Shown here piece after piece: positions 12,286-26,321 of a stretch of DNA of 64,000 nt. Made by a program: the position numbers and the translations under genes. The stretch is from Octopus bimaculoides (taxonomy: Eukaryota), in contig NC_068983.1 of the NCBI RefSeq assembly GCF_001194135.2, positions 160,033,213 to 160,097,212 on the forward strand, in the 5' to 3' direction. Under the pieces are notes generated by a model. That model worked only from the letters and a program-made list of their open reading frames with translations, was not told the DNA's origin and did not search any database. The first letter of the stretch is position 1, and each line of letters opens with the position of its first letter.

Positions 12286-13524
12286 CATCTATTCTCCGCT
12301 TGTGGTTCTGATTTCACGGTGAAAATTGCTATGGCATGAGAGGAGGTGTGAACCCATAACATAAAGGCCTCATTTATGTCAGTAAAGACTGTTCATGTTT
12401 ATTGATTGAAAGCGAGAGCTGTTTGAGGTCACGTGAAATTGGTGAAGGACAAAAGATAAAGAAGAATGATTCTAGGAAGATATAAGGATTGAAACAATGA
12501 ATCAACATAGCGTGCTGGGTTAACAGAGCAAGAATTGGGCTACATTAAAGAGAGAGAATGAAATTAAATATAGAATGCCTCTAGGGAAAATCTTTTGCTG
12601 TTCCGGCTAAGTAGAAAGCAGTGACTAGCAGCAAGTGGCGAAGAGTTGATTGTTAATAATAATGGGCTGCACGATATAACTATAAGTTTGGAGCCATTGA
12701 TATGCAATCGTTCTATTATGGTATTTTCACCAATACAATAAACGTCATATAAATGTAGTGCTGTCAATAAACAGTTCGCTGTAAAGGCTTGCAAACAACA
12801 ATCGCGGAATTCCACTGTTACGGTTTACTCTATTAACTAGACAGATTTAATCTTTAATTGACTCCTATACAGTGGATGTATTGTGGTTTCACTTCTGTAG
12901 TGGCTTGATAGGCAATTATATAAAAGTCACTTGTTATGTTTAATAGAGTACTCGGTGTATAGTTGACACAGGTAGAAGTGTTCGACTGCAATACAGGGGC
13001 CAACTGTTGTAGTGGATTTTCCATTACGTGTATAGCTGACATATGTTTATAGACAGTTACATGTGCCATTTATATAACAACAGTTAAATAACTGGAAACA
13101 GAACATATGTAATGACTGCAATTGTAATGTGAATATGGCATACAAATGTAGAAGTTGGCAGAGCAACAAAACAAATGTTTATACAATCAAAAATAGACTA
13201 CCAATGAGGTAACACTTGTAGTTTAGAAGAAACTGTTTAAAGAAAACATTTAATAGCTAGGAGTTGTTTGTTGTAAGCTATAGACTTTGATAGACATTGT
13301 AGAAGTATACATGCAGTAGTTTATAGATTACGCTATGGAAGATAACAGCTTTAGTTCATAAACTATTAAATAGAAGTGAATAGCAGTTGCTAGAAGTTTG
13401 CCACTAGTAATCTATTATGAAAATATTGAAGACGGATTAGAGCCTAAAGTTTCAAACAGTCTGTACTTGGTTTTTCAACAGAACAACTTTAGACGTTACG
13501 TTCTTCTTCCTTTTGTAGTACGTA

Positions 13525-13880
13525 CGCATAAACACATATCTTTTACCTGTTTCAGTTATTGGACTGCGACCATGCTGGGGCACCACCTTGTAGTCTATTT
13601 TGCCGGAATGATCAGTTACGAGAACGTAAACAAACCAACAGCAGTTGTCGAGCGGTAGTAGGGGTACAAACGCAAAGGTACACTCACTCACACACGCGCG
13701 CGCACATATATTTATGGGCAGACTTCTTTCAGTTTCCGTCGATAAAGTACACTCACACGGCTTTGGTCATCCAATGGCTATCGTAAGAAACACTAGCCCA
13801 AAGTGCCACGCATTTGGACTGAACCCGGAATAATGTTGTTGAGAAGCTAACTTCTTACCACATTCTCATGCCTGCACCTA
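13525..13880 (-). mobile_element. SINE family C, diverged copy
   Basis: Colinear with the 59453-59863 copy (CTTCTTTCAGTTTCCGTC..., CCCAAAGTGCCACGCA..GGACTGAACCCGGAA, CTTACCAC). Confidence 0.8.
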
Positions 13881-16800
13881 TTTATATAATACTTTTGCTG
13901 CTATATCCAATCCAATCCTATATACCTATTCTAATGACTAGCATTATATTACCATTCAAATATTAAGAATAATTGTCTTTTAGTATTAAAAAGAAAAAAA
14001 CACTAAACGTACGCGATAAACTACTAAATGATATGCACTTCGTAAACGCTTTGCGAAAAGCCTTGTCTACCTGATACAAAGAGTTCCTTATAGTTGCTGG
14101 TATAATTTTAATTTCAAGACGTATTTAAAGCTAATAGAAGGTAACTGTGGTTACCTAGAGTTGTTTATAGTCTATACAATAACAACAACAGACTACAACA
14201 ACAACAACATCAGATTATGAATTTTTACTGATGTTCGACAATAATGTTGAAACTAAATTGTACTTTGTGCACAAAGCCAGCTTTGTGGATATGAAGTCTA
14301 GCTGACTGAATAAATCTCAGTATGATATTGATATTAATATTATCGACTATAAAATGTAGGCAGCCTTAGTTGCGCTTAAATTCATAACAGATGGGAGTTT
14401 CGGAGCATTGTAGGGAACTAATCCAGTTGACATTGCACTTCTATCTATGACTTATTCTGAATAGCAGCATCTACACAGTTGAGAGTCACCTACTGCTTGT
14501 CCATACATCACTACACGGAAAAGCAATAAATCTAGTGTTATTTGAACTCCAAACCATGAGCCAATGGAATTTCGCAAAGACACCGGCCCTGGTTCATGTT
14601 CACTTCGGAGTGAAAGCTGCTCGATCTTTATTTTGTAAGAGATTCCAGTTTGAATCTACGGTTACCACTTCATTCTATTCGTTATGATTTATCGTTTTAA
14701 CGTTCATGTGTCCACAACATGGCATACGTCAGGAATCGAAACCGAGTCGTTCTTTCGCACTGAGAATTCAAATCTTACGTGGCCTCTTGCCTTTCATCAT
14801 TCTGGAACAGTTTCCTCAACATAAAAACCAGATATATATACTTGAGACGATTATTTTCACCATTTCCTTCATAAATAATTAACATGTTTTTCATTGTCTA
14901 CAGAAATGATTAGTAATTACATATAAGAAGTCGTGACTTTCATTCCTTTCCCAAACACATTAACAAAGTGATGCTTGGTAATAAGATAAATGTTAGAAGT
15001 AGACTTTTGATGTTGAATGAGGAAAGGCCTTCAAGGAAAGTGACAGTGGGAGAGTTCTTGAGTTCATTGTTGGCTAGCACCAGAGTAATCATCTGTCATT
15101 TTCTCATAAGAAAATTACCTTTAGGCCATTGATAATGCAGAACTTCATTAACGTAAACTGTCCTTTCGGCAGTTTTTCCTTGATACTAATGAGATAATAA
15201 CTTCTGTTGAGTTCTCGACTAACTATATGGTAAACTTCTTTCACTGAATTACTAAACTCAATAAGAATCCTATCTCAATTCGTTTAGTTACAATTTCAAA
15301 CCCCATTTATTTATCAAGAATATGAGTAATTTTTTCCACATGAACAGAAGATATAGATCACAAACAAATGGAATGTAACGAAGGAATGAATGAATGAAAT
15401 GAATAGCCTCAAACCCCAACCATTGAAAATAAATAAGGTTGACTGAGAGAACCATTGTGATGTAAATGACAACGATGATGATGGTGGTGATAATGATAAA
15501 TAGTTGGTGATGTGAAAATACCATATTTTGCGGATAAGCATTTAGGCTGACTGTTTGGAAAAATAATAGAAATCCTACTGAAAAAATATATAGCTTAAAT
15601 TGATTTATTATTTACGCTCAAAGCACTAACATTTTAAATGAGAGCAACAATTGTGTTCGAGTTACATGTCTTTTTCAAAGAGGAGTCAAATCCATATGAT
15701 AGTACTTGATTTAAAAAGAAAATTATGAATAATGCAGGCAATAGACTCATCAGAATACGGGGTAACGGAATTTACAGAGCACCAAATATAATGCGTTGTG
15801 GCAAGTAACTTCTCTTTAAAGTACTGAGTTCAATTATCATTCCTACCCCCGCATCTTGGTTGATGGTATAAGTAACAGTCAAATGCTGGGATTGATTTAA
15901 CTATGTTCCTCCTACTCCAAAATGTCTGGCATTGTGTCTATATATTTAGAGTCCATATTTGCATTTTACGATGGATCTGAATAATAGAATCAATAGAGCG
16001 TCTCTTCACATTTTATGTTTGAGTCTGAAATCCGTCCATGATAAATTAACTTTCTCCTAATCGGGCAATTTTAGTGTTATACTAACAAATTATCATTTAT
16101 TTTTATTTCCACCTAATGCAGGCTCTTTTGATTTATTGCTACTGCATTCCTATCTTTAAAGTAATTTAATTAGCCCCGGGAAGTCATTTAGCTCTATGAA
16201 CACAAAATCCATTCTAGACCAACCAGTCGATAAAGTAAAGAATTGCTTTTTTTGTCAAAAGTGAAGAATTTTACTATCGGGGGTTAAGAATTTCAACTAA
16301 TTATCAATTTGCTTCACTAAATATTCATTCCTGAAAGGCTGCTGTACATAGAAGGGAAAATGACAATGTTATGGAAAATATTAAGGATGAATGATGAAGA
16401 AAATAATAATGATGAATGGCAACTCATCTCCAAAGAAAGTCAAATGATAAAATCATATGATGTATTTCGCTTCTGACACATTTTCACGTAAGATCTAGCA
16501 GATATTAGATAACCAATATCTTTGAATTAATAATCATTGGTTCTATGCAGTGGAACGTAGATTTCCTAAGGGGCTTTTGTCAAGAATTGAAACATTTATT
16601 TTATAAACGAATTGTGACAGAGAATGTAATGTTTCAATATTCTCATTAAACAAAAACAAGAGATATTTCTCCTTTGTATAAATATTGGGAATAGGTTTTA
16701 AAATCAATATTTAATAAAGCTACAGTAATGGGATGTAAGCCTATATAGCTCGTACTTACGTATTCTTGTAAGATCTGACTTTAAATCTTCACAATTAAGC

Positions 16801-19449
16801 TATTTCTACTTGTATTAGATAGCTCTATGTAATGAGTTTAAAGTCGGAAAAACTGCTTTGCAGAAACTATTACACGAAGTCCTTTATATTAAAGAAAATA
16901 AGGTAATTAGGGGATCCTGATCTGAGAATGATTATTGCTTTTATATTACTTGTAGGGCTGTGTATTATCAGAATATTTAAAGCGATTGGAAAAATCTATT
17001 GTGGTATTTAGTTATATCAATTAACGCTGTAGAGTTAAAAGAGGCCGAGGTAAAGTTTGCGAATCATCCTTTAGAGACGATAAAATAAATGCCATCGAGT
17101 ACTAGGATCGATAATCTGACTGTTCTCTCTCACGAAGAAATCAATAAGATTGATCAAAGGTCAATCAATTTATTCTGTTTATCCGTACAAGTGTGCAAGC
17201 TAAATAAATATTAATAATTACTGTCTTTGAACCGTTAAGAGAATATGAACTCGTAATGGATACATTATTATCCATTCTAAAATATTTTACCCAATTTGTG
17301 AGCGCCTTACATCATCCATGTCGATCATACAAATCATGGAAGATCTGCGAAGGTTATAGGCACAACCCCTTCCTCTAAAGCGAGCCATTAAATTAAATCG
17401 ATATTCCATGATGCCCATCGAATTGCCTATCGAACCTATTGAGTTTGCCGTAAATTGTTATACGGAAAGGCCAAACAGATACTCAAAAAAAATTTAAGTA
17501 AATACTATAAAAACAATAAACTGTGTTATATTCACATAAACTGTACAAAATGTATTACTCCTCTCAAAGATGGTTGCAATCATTTTGATTCTGATTGACA
17601 GACTTGAGACATGAGTCAACGTTACATTAGCAAATTTGTCAATAATTACAACTCATAATTCTTGCTGAATCAGAAGTTGCATTTGTAGACTATGTTCTTA
17701 AGTCAGAAGCTTGGAGGCTGTACACAAAAGATTTTTTGGCGTGATATCCAAATGTTAGTTAAATACTAACAATGTTCTTTTGATCTTGACAAAACGAGGT
17801 TAACCATTCAGCTGAGGAAAAAAAACATATGGTTTGCTCACCGGCAATATAACAGGCCAGAAGTTAAATGATAACAACTGGATATAATGATTGCGTGTCC
17901 ATCAAGAAAGATAGGCTCAATTGCAACATAATAGTGAATTGTAATCCAAACACAATCCAAGACTAGCTATACATTTCTTGATAATTTCATATGAGGTTAT
18001 CTGCAGCAGTAAACATGTAGGTGTGCTGATTAATTGCTCTATCCACATGAAGTGTTGCCTCATCTGACCAATTTATAGAATTAATAAAATGAGGATCATA
18101 ATGAAAGGACATTAATATCTTGTCGCAGAATTGAGCTTAGCGATTCAAATCGTGCTTATTAAGTGTTTGTAAAAGTCTAGGGATAAAGTAGCGTAAATTC
18201 AAATCAACTGGAATGAGCCGATATTTAGTTGATATTCTGTTGAGATGAACCATGCGTAAGAGATGGTTGACTAACCGAACATTTCCTTCCCTCCTGACTT
18301 AAACTAGATGATCGGAACAAGGTGCATCTATCAGTAACTGCATACCCTCTCCCTTGCTAAACAGCATTTTAATCGTTCTTCTGGTTGGTGTACCACTCAC
18401 GAACTCCTTCCCCCATTATTGTTGAATTGAAATTGGATATTGAAATAAATATTCCTGCTTAACAAGGTACGCATGGTTTGCAACGGTGTAACATAACTGA
18501 TTCGTATTTCTGAAATTAAAATGTGTACACACAGCCTTAATTTACATAGTAATATTTTATAGTAAATTTTATTGGCTATTACAGTTCAACTCAATGGTTA
18601 GTTTGAAATGTTATTCTATAAGAACTATGACAAACAAGTATTTCGTTTCATTTACGCTACTAATTCGCTTGGAAAATTAACAGTATCAAATCTGAATGTT
18701 ATTAAACTGATAGCAATATTTCTCAACACTCATATTGTTCATGGTGAACTATAAATGGCTGAAGTACAACACTGATACGATTACAATTTATGTTATACAT
18801 AAGTTCTATGGTTTTGGAAAAAGACACGACCGTCAAAATATTTTCTCTTCCTGATTTTCTCTTACTCAAAGTTTTATATTATTGCTTTACTTAGTCCAGA
18901 AGCAACCAATATTAATAGTGCTTTTGTTCAATGCAATTTACCTTCATTTGAATAAATTCCAAGTCATAGATTTAACTGGGAACTCAGAGTTGATTAAATC
19001 GACCTAAATTTATCTTATCCGGGTTGTAAGGAAACATAATTGACTACTGCGATATTTGAAGTTTAAGCACTATGTCAAATTTTGAATACCATAGAGAAAA
19101 GCATTGATATTTCAAGACCTTCTCAAGGTCGATACAAAAGGGCATCTGACAACAGTTTAAAGAATTTATAGTTAGTTTACAGACACAAGCACTGCAATAT
19201 ATCCGACACTAAAATACTTCAAAAATACACCACTGGCATTCATTTGTAGCAGACTACTGTGTCTTTCTGTTGTTGGTTAGAAGGTGAGAGATTTCCGCTG
19301 AAGTGAAAAAAAAAAAAAAAAAAAAGACTATCCAGTAGTCCCTGTACAACCCCAATAGTTTATTGGACATGCAAACTTAAACCATGACGATTTTAACAAA
19401 ATTTCTTAACCGTTGGCCAGCAGTTTTTCCCCCTCTTTGTTACTACTTG

Positions 19450-22030
19450 CATATGAATATGCCGCCTTGTTTTCATTTCAGGTAGAGGCGGTTTACGTCA
19501 CTGTGCATGTGGAAATTATGTGTGCTTGTTAGTAGTTTTCGGTTTTCACATCAATAGCTCGGATTTCCTCAAGCGTCCAATCAAGCAGCCCAAATGTTGG
19601 TATAACTACTGGCACTGCAAGCATATTGTGAGCCACTGTTTTATTGAATGCAGAGAGTTCTGAGGTCCAAATTTTCTTTATTCGGCTGTAATATTCCTTA
19701 GTGACACGTATTTTGTTACAGGTGCCATTGTAAGATATATTTTCATCCACCCCTAGATACCTGTAACATTCCTCGTCAGATACAGGGGAAACAGTCAAAT
19801 CACTGATGGCGATGTTACTAGTCTGGTTTATATTTTCCCCCTTTTCACAACCATATAACATTTATCCTGACCAAACTCCAACCCTACATCCTATGAGAAT
19901 GTTGTAACTAGGTCAAGCATGCATATTTTTTCCATAGAGTTTTAAGACATCCACAAAGAAACAGTGTGTAATTTTGGTATTTCTGTTTCCTTGTGAACCA
20001 GTGAGATATCCTTCAGACTTCCTTAACATGAATGACAAGGGGTTTACAGAAAGTATAAACAACATCAGAGAGAGGCTGTCTTTGCTATACTGTATTCTAT
20101 ACTGTATTCTATCGGTGATAATACATTCACTCTTTGTGTTTAATTTCAAGATGTTGGCCCATAATGAAGTCAGTCCAGCTATGGCTTTGACTATTCTCAC
20201 TGGAACTTTAGCAAGTTGAAGGGCTTCTATCATCCATGAGTAGGGAACAAAGTCAAAGGCTTTCTTGTAGTCTAGCCACATTGAAACTAAATTCTTCCTA
20301 TGCTCTCGCACCTCTGACATTAGAGTTTTGTTGATTAATAATTGCTCGACAATCCTCAGACTCCCCTCCTCCCAGCTGCTTTTTCTGCTGTGATAATGTC
20401 ATTGGCTTCACAATGATCCTGAAAGAAGAGATTTAAAGATGCTGTATATATTTTATACATTAAGTTCTGGCATGCAATTGGCCGGTAGTTTTTTGTCATG
20501 TGGGTGGTTCTGCATTTGGGGATCAATTTTGTCTCTGCCAGAGCTAACCAGTGTGGTATGCTACTGTTCCCAATGAAAGCTTACTGGTACAGTTGGTAAG
20601 GTATGGTCGGTAGAAGGTTAGGTTCTTCTAACAATATCCAACAATCAAGTCTCTTCCAGGTGCTTTTCCATTCTGGAGTTTCTGGATCACAGTTGCAAGA
20701 GTTTCACCATCAATGCTATATGTCTTGGATGTAACGCAGGAGCAATGACTTCTTCGGATTTCTTCAAGACACAGAGCATCTTGTTGATTAAATTCCTTCT
20801 CTTCACTCCAGATTTTCCTCCAGAAGGAGTTCATGTCTTCTCGTGAAGGAGCTTCCGTGATGTTTACTGCTCCTCCTCTCATGTCTCTGCCTGGTTGCGT
20901 CTAATTTTTTTGTTTATTGTGCTTCTCTCGGTTATTCTCTTCTGATGTCGGTGTTTCTCACTGACAACTTTTAGCGCCTGCTTGAGGCTAATCAGTTTGC
21001 AAGTGAGTGTCTTCTGTTTGCTGTTTCCAAACATCATTTCTATCTCCTATCTTTACTTTCTGTTGGTGGGACGTATAGTGATTTGCTTGTTTGCATGCAA
21101 TGAGCCTCATTACATCACTGATAGTCTTCCGTAAACCATTTATCTTTTTCTCTGTCTTCAAAACCCATGATGGTACTTTCTTTGTTATTTCGGTTTTGTT
21201 TACTTTTTGAATGTACTGTTTTACAGTAGTAACCAGAGTAGACAGACAGGCGTTAACCTGCTAGTTTCTGGGTTCATCACACTATTGTAAATACTCATTA
21301 CCAATTTCGTTAACAACTTTTAATACTGTATCCGGTGGGTTTTTTTTATTTACTTTGGTGTAGAATACTCTCTCCTTGAAAGAGTACTCCAAAGCCAAAG
21401 CTAGGGCACATTTCACCGACATATAATCCTGACTACCACTATTACTATACAATAATCGTTGCTGTTGCGCCTGCTGTTTACCACAGTCGTAGTAGGGGGA
21501 CAGTGGTCGGTTACTTGAGCCAGTAATGTAGCTTGGCTGGCAAGCACCATGGAATCTGTTGGAATGTCGTCGCTACCTGCGAAACTACGTGGTAGTCTTA
21601 TATCATTCACGTTTTCGCTTTTGTTTATGGAGTTGGGAAGAAGGTTAATTTTCGATTTTTTAATAAAGTTACAATTACTGACCTTCTTTCTATGTTCTGC
21701 AAATGTTGCTTGTTGGCGTAGTTGCTTCACTGTAACATGATTTAATTCTGGATTGCAGATCGTCCCAATATGATTTCAGTCGGTTCATATAGCCAACAAC
21801 GAGGTTTTCTTTCGCTTTTTCTCCAAGAGAAATGAATTTTGTAGTTTTTGGTTTCTTCTATAACTACAGCTAGAAAGAATCTGTTTGCCTGTTGAACTGT
21901 TGTCTTCGTCCTGTTCCTCGATTGTGTTGTTGTTGATGTTGTGTCCAGCTACGTTGTTTTGTAGTAACTCTCTGCATGCTAAATTCAAGTTTCAGTCGAA
22001 AATCACTACGATCGTGAATAAAAGGCTTCC
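19450..22030 (-). mobile_element. R4/Dong-type (restriction-like endonuclease clade) LINE, decayed, retaining 5' region and RT but lacking the 3' end
   Basis: ORF fragments: EAPSREDMNSFWRKIWS (20628-20882), KAPGRDLIVGY, WLDYKKAFDFVPYSW...DSLSLMLFILSVNPLS...THCFFVDVLKLY (19913-20320), YRYLGVDEN...KKIWTSELSAFNKTVAHN (19529-19861), and KTRKLLT..FH..SDVNRLYL near 19500. Confidence 0.88.
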
Positions 22031-22159
22031 TTAGTTAATTCATCTAAAAATTAACCAGTTATTTAACAAGGCTGATAGTTGTGGCGCCAAAGTTGGAGAT
22101 AGTATTCAACGTATTCTCGATAAATAGTCTCCTACGCCAAATACGCGACTTGTCGCTTC

Positions 22160-22308
22160 GTATGTATGTATGTATGCATGTATGTATGTATGTATGTATG
22201 TATGTATGTATGTATGTATGTATATGCATACATATATACACACACATATATATACATATATGTATGTATTTATGTATATACATACACATATGTGTGTGTG
22301 TGTGTGTT
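22160..22308. repeat. Compound (TATG)n/(TA)n/(TG)n microsatellite
   Basis: Direct inspection. Confidence 0.95.
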
Positions 22309-23007
22309 ACACGTAGCGCTCTATAGAAGAAGTGTGCAAGAACTTTAATATGGCCCACGAGATCAGTAGCTCTCCAGCGATGCGACACGGCACACTTGAG
22401 CCGCGAAATATAGTACGGAAGGCCGCGAAAATAACAAAATTCTAAGAAACGAAAAATAGAATCTGAAATTCTATATTTATAATTTCCATTAACTTACGCG
22501 TAACGTACTGAACAAAGAAACAAACATTTAATAATTTGGTGTAGTTAAAATTATTTATATTTATAGGCTAAAATATAAATATCTTTTAATAATTTTTGTT
22601 TATGCACAAAATGCATCGATATTTTGTATTTGCTCTAAAGTATGCCGCAAGTAAAAAAAAAATGAGAAATTTGCATTATATTGAAGTGTTGATTTTGAAT
22701 CCGCCAATATACTTAAACAAAGCAATCAGAAGCAATTCACCATATAAAATAAATATACACCGCAGCACAACATATTCTTACATACATAAACACATATATA
22801 AACGCACACACACACACGCACATATATACATGCCAAACAAACTCACGCACACACATATATATATATATGTGTATGTGTATGTATGTGTGTGTTCGAATTG
22901 TAATTGCTATTATTGCTAATGTACATCTAAACACACTTTTTGCATTGAATGCATCCACTTATGTTTTTTTCTGTCTACATAAATGCATGAAGAAATATAT
23001 ATACACT

Positions 23008-23290
23008 ACTGGCACTTCGTCGGTTACGACGACGAGGGTTCTAGTTGATCGGATCAACGGAACAACCTGCTCGTGGAATTAACGTGCAAGTACCTCTCAG
23101 GGAGAGTCAGCATCACATAGAATGTAGCCCTTTGAAATGCAGGCACTTTTCATTTTTGCCAGCAGAGTGACCAGGAGCAAACGTGAAATAAAGTATGTTA
23201 CTCAAGGACATAATGCGCAGCCTTGAATCGAACTCTAGACCTTATTCTCGTGAACCGAATGACCCTAACCACTAAACCGCGCGCCTTTAC
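23008..23290 (-). mobile_element. CORE-like tRNA SINE sharing its 3' tail with SINE family B
   Basis: Minus strand: tRNA-like head GGTTTAGTGGTTAGGG...GAGTTCGATTC, a CORE-like block GTCCTTGAGTAACATACTTTATTTCACG, then CACGTTAATTCCACGAGCAGG..CCGTTGATCCGATCAAC..GTCGTAACCGACGAAGTGCCA, which is the family B tail. Confidence 0.8.
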
Positions 23291-23456
23291 TGAAATACAT
23301 GCATACATACACACACACATACACGCATATATTATATATGCAAATGTGTGTGTGTGTGTATGTGCATGTGTGTGTGTGTTTGTGTGTGTATGTGCGTGTG
23401 TGTGTGTGTTTGTGTGTGTGTGTGTTTGTGTGTGTGTGTGCATGTGTGTGTGTGTT

Positions 23457-23500
<44 letters not shown>

Positions 23501-23520
23501 CGTGTGTGTGTGTGTGTGTG

Positions 23521-23571
23521 TTATTTCTTTACTACCCACAAGGGGCTACACACAGAGGGGACAACCAAGGA
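23521..23571 (-). mobile_element. 3' tail of the SINE family A variant (rest lies in the N gap)
   Basis: Reverse complement matches 61296-61341 (TGTCCCCTCTGTGTGTAGCCCCTTGTGGGTAGTAAAGAAATAA). Confidence 0.85.
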
Positions 23572-24176
23572 NNNNNNNNNNNNNNNNNNNNNNNNNNNNN
23601 NNNNNNNNNNNNNNNNNNNNNNNNNNNNNNNNNNNNNNNNNNNNNNNNNNNNNNNNNNNNNNNNNNNNNNNNNNNNNNNNNNNNNNNNNNNNNNNNNNNN
23701 NNNNNNNNNNNNNNNNNNNNNNNNNNNNNNNNNNNNNNNNNNNNNNNNNNNNNNNNNNNNNNNNNNNNNNNNNNNNNNNNNNNNNNNNNNNNNNNNNNNN
23801 NNNNNNNNNNNNNNNNNNNNNNNNNNNNNNNNNNNNNNNNNNNNNNNNNNNNNNNNNNNNNNNNNNNNNNNNNNNNNNNNNNNNNNNNNNNNNNNNNNNN
23901 NNNNNNNNNNNNNNNNNNNNNNNNNNNNNNNNNNNNNNNNNNNNNNNNNNNNNNNNNNNNNNNNNNNNNNNNNNNNNNNNNNNNNNNNNNNNNNNNNNNN
24001 NNNNNNNNNNNNNNNNNNNNNNNNNNNNNNNNNNNNNNNNNNNNNNNNNNNNNNNNNNNNNNNNNNNNNNNNNNNNNNNNNNNNNNNNNNNNNNNNNNNN
24101 NNNNNNNNNNNNNNNNNNNNNNNNNNNNNNNNNNNNNNNNNNNNNNNNNNNNNNNNNNNNNNNNNNNNNNNNNNNN

Positions 24177-24224
<48 letters not shown>

Positions 24225-24574
24225 AGACTTCAAAGTTTCCGCTTGCTTGCTTTCATCGGGCTGTGCTTTTGGTTCTTCCTGGCTACATAATAGCTTTCGG
24301 CAAGTTCATTTTTCAGGCGGAAGGAGCACAGTATAAAATGATGTTTAGGCCTTGGTTAGCTACGTCAGGGAACAAGGCGTGTAGCATGAAGATAGACGAG
24401 GACAGAATGAAATGTTTGTGTCTGCAGCGTATGAGTTAATAGAAAGTTCCTCTAACAAGATGGCATCTAGTTTGATGTTGTGCGTAAGCGTATGTTTATG
24501 CATTTGGCTGTGTATCTCTATAGGTATCATACATGTAAATACGTCTATTTGTCTTTCTGTATGTATGAATTCAT

Positions 24575-24722
24575 ATACATACATACATACAAACATACAA
24601 ACATACATACATACATACATACATACATACATACTTACATACATACATACGTACATACATACATACGTACATACATACATACATACATACATACATACAT
24701 ACATACATACATACATACATGT
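24575..24722. repeat. (TACA)n tetranucleotide microsatellite
   Basis: Direct inspection. Confidence 0.95.
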
Positions 24723-25159
24723 AGATATGCATGTTGGTGTGTGGGTGTATATGCAAGGTGTTTTGTGGTATGTATATTCTCTTCTACTTTTAATCATTTG
24801 AAGTCAGTCTTCCTTACAGGAAGATCTGTCGTTGAAATGTGGATGACAAATACAGAATCACTTTTTGAACATGAGAAAAATTTTGCATATTTTTACTGTT
24901 TCACTTACAGGTTTTATTTTTACTGTACTTGTCAGCTGGTTGATCTCTTTTTTTCCCCACCTTTTACTGATAGTTACTTAAGCATTTACTCACAAGACCA
25001 AGTGCACCAATTATTATTGGTATAAATTTGAACTTATATTCTGGGTAGCGAAGCTGAAGCTTTCAAAGCAGTTAACCTCTCTCTCTTTGATTTTCGAAGA
25101 GATATTTGCATCAACAGGACAACTGACCTCTATGATTCTGCATACATTTCTTCTCCGTC

Positions 25160-25560
25160 CCAAATATCTGGCTTATTTTGTTTGCTTTTGATAGAAGATT
25201 TGATACGTATTTTCTACCAATATTCCTCTAGTATTGATGCTTATATATTAAGAAACATAGGGATTCTCTACAAATACCCCTGGACGATATTTTCTGGGGG
25301 TTTTTTTTTTTTGGGGGGGGGGGTTCGGTGTTATCATATTCTGTTTTTAGGACCAAATCATATCGCATTAGGAGATAGCACTTTGATGACATTTTTGTGC
25401 AGCTGCTGATCACATGTGTGATGTCTTCCACAGGAGGCATTTTGTAGAAATCTCTTGCTCTTGGATTACAAATGGATAGTGAAGTGATAGTGGTGTGTAG
25501 TGGTCACAAATTCAAGGAAGGCTCCACTTCATGTCGATATTACCAAGTCTTCTTTGTTTT
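25160..25560 (-). mobile_element. R4/Dong-type LINE fragment (zinc-finger region)
   Basis: ORF 25228-25440 EDITHVISSCTKMSSKCYLLMRYDLV parallels ORF 37525-37938 (VEDITHVFSSCPKMSSR). Confidence 0.75.
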
Positions 25561-26321
25561 GGGGTTGGATCGTTGCTGATTATTGGATCGTTGGTGTATA
25601 TTATCTTTCAGGTATTTGCTATACACTAAGTATATAAGAATCATTCTAACATTAGGATGGGGCTAAAGATTGGATGCAGAGAGAGAACAGTTGACGATTT
25701 CTCGATGTTAGAAGTGACGGATTCATTGTTATTTCATATTTTCTATATAGTATCAGTTATCGTTCTGTTATATATTCTGTTATGAATTCTTGTATCTGTT
25801 TTGTGACTGGGTCGACGGCATGCTGAATAATATAGAAATAAAAGTCCTATCGACACATGAACACGTGATAGAGAATCGATGTAAGTTCTACATCTCTATA
25901 TTCTTGTAAATTTACCTCCTGTTCCCTCAGTTTTTATGTCAAAGAAACTGAGGTTAATGACTGGATCTTGGGTTTTAAGATCCAGTCATTAGCCTCGGTC
26001 ACACTGAAAATTCAGTCATAAAAGCCGCTCAGGCTTTAAGAGGTAGTATATTTTCTTCATAGTGTAGAAATGTGCCCATAGTTAAATTAATTGTATAGCT
26101 ATGATGAACTAGGTTATTAAAAGCCACTGATTTTTCATTCTTAGTCCAAAGTTGGTTCTTTAGTTTATACTGGTAACAGACTTTAATGTCCTTAACGTTA
26201 ATTTGTGTTTGACATTTACTCCTCTACACAACACCCTCACTTTCCCCAAAATTGTTACGCTTTAAAAATACCAGAAACTGATTTCAAAGGTTTAAATGGT
26301 GACCAAGCCGGTGACCGATGT

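Noticed and set aside
15745-15755. CTGATGAGTC hammerhead core on the minus strand
   Set aside because: No matching GACGAAA or stems nearby.
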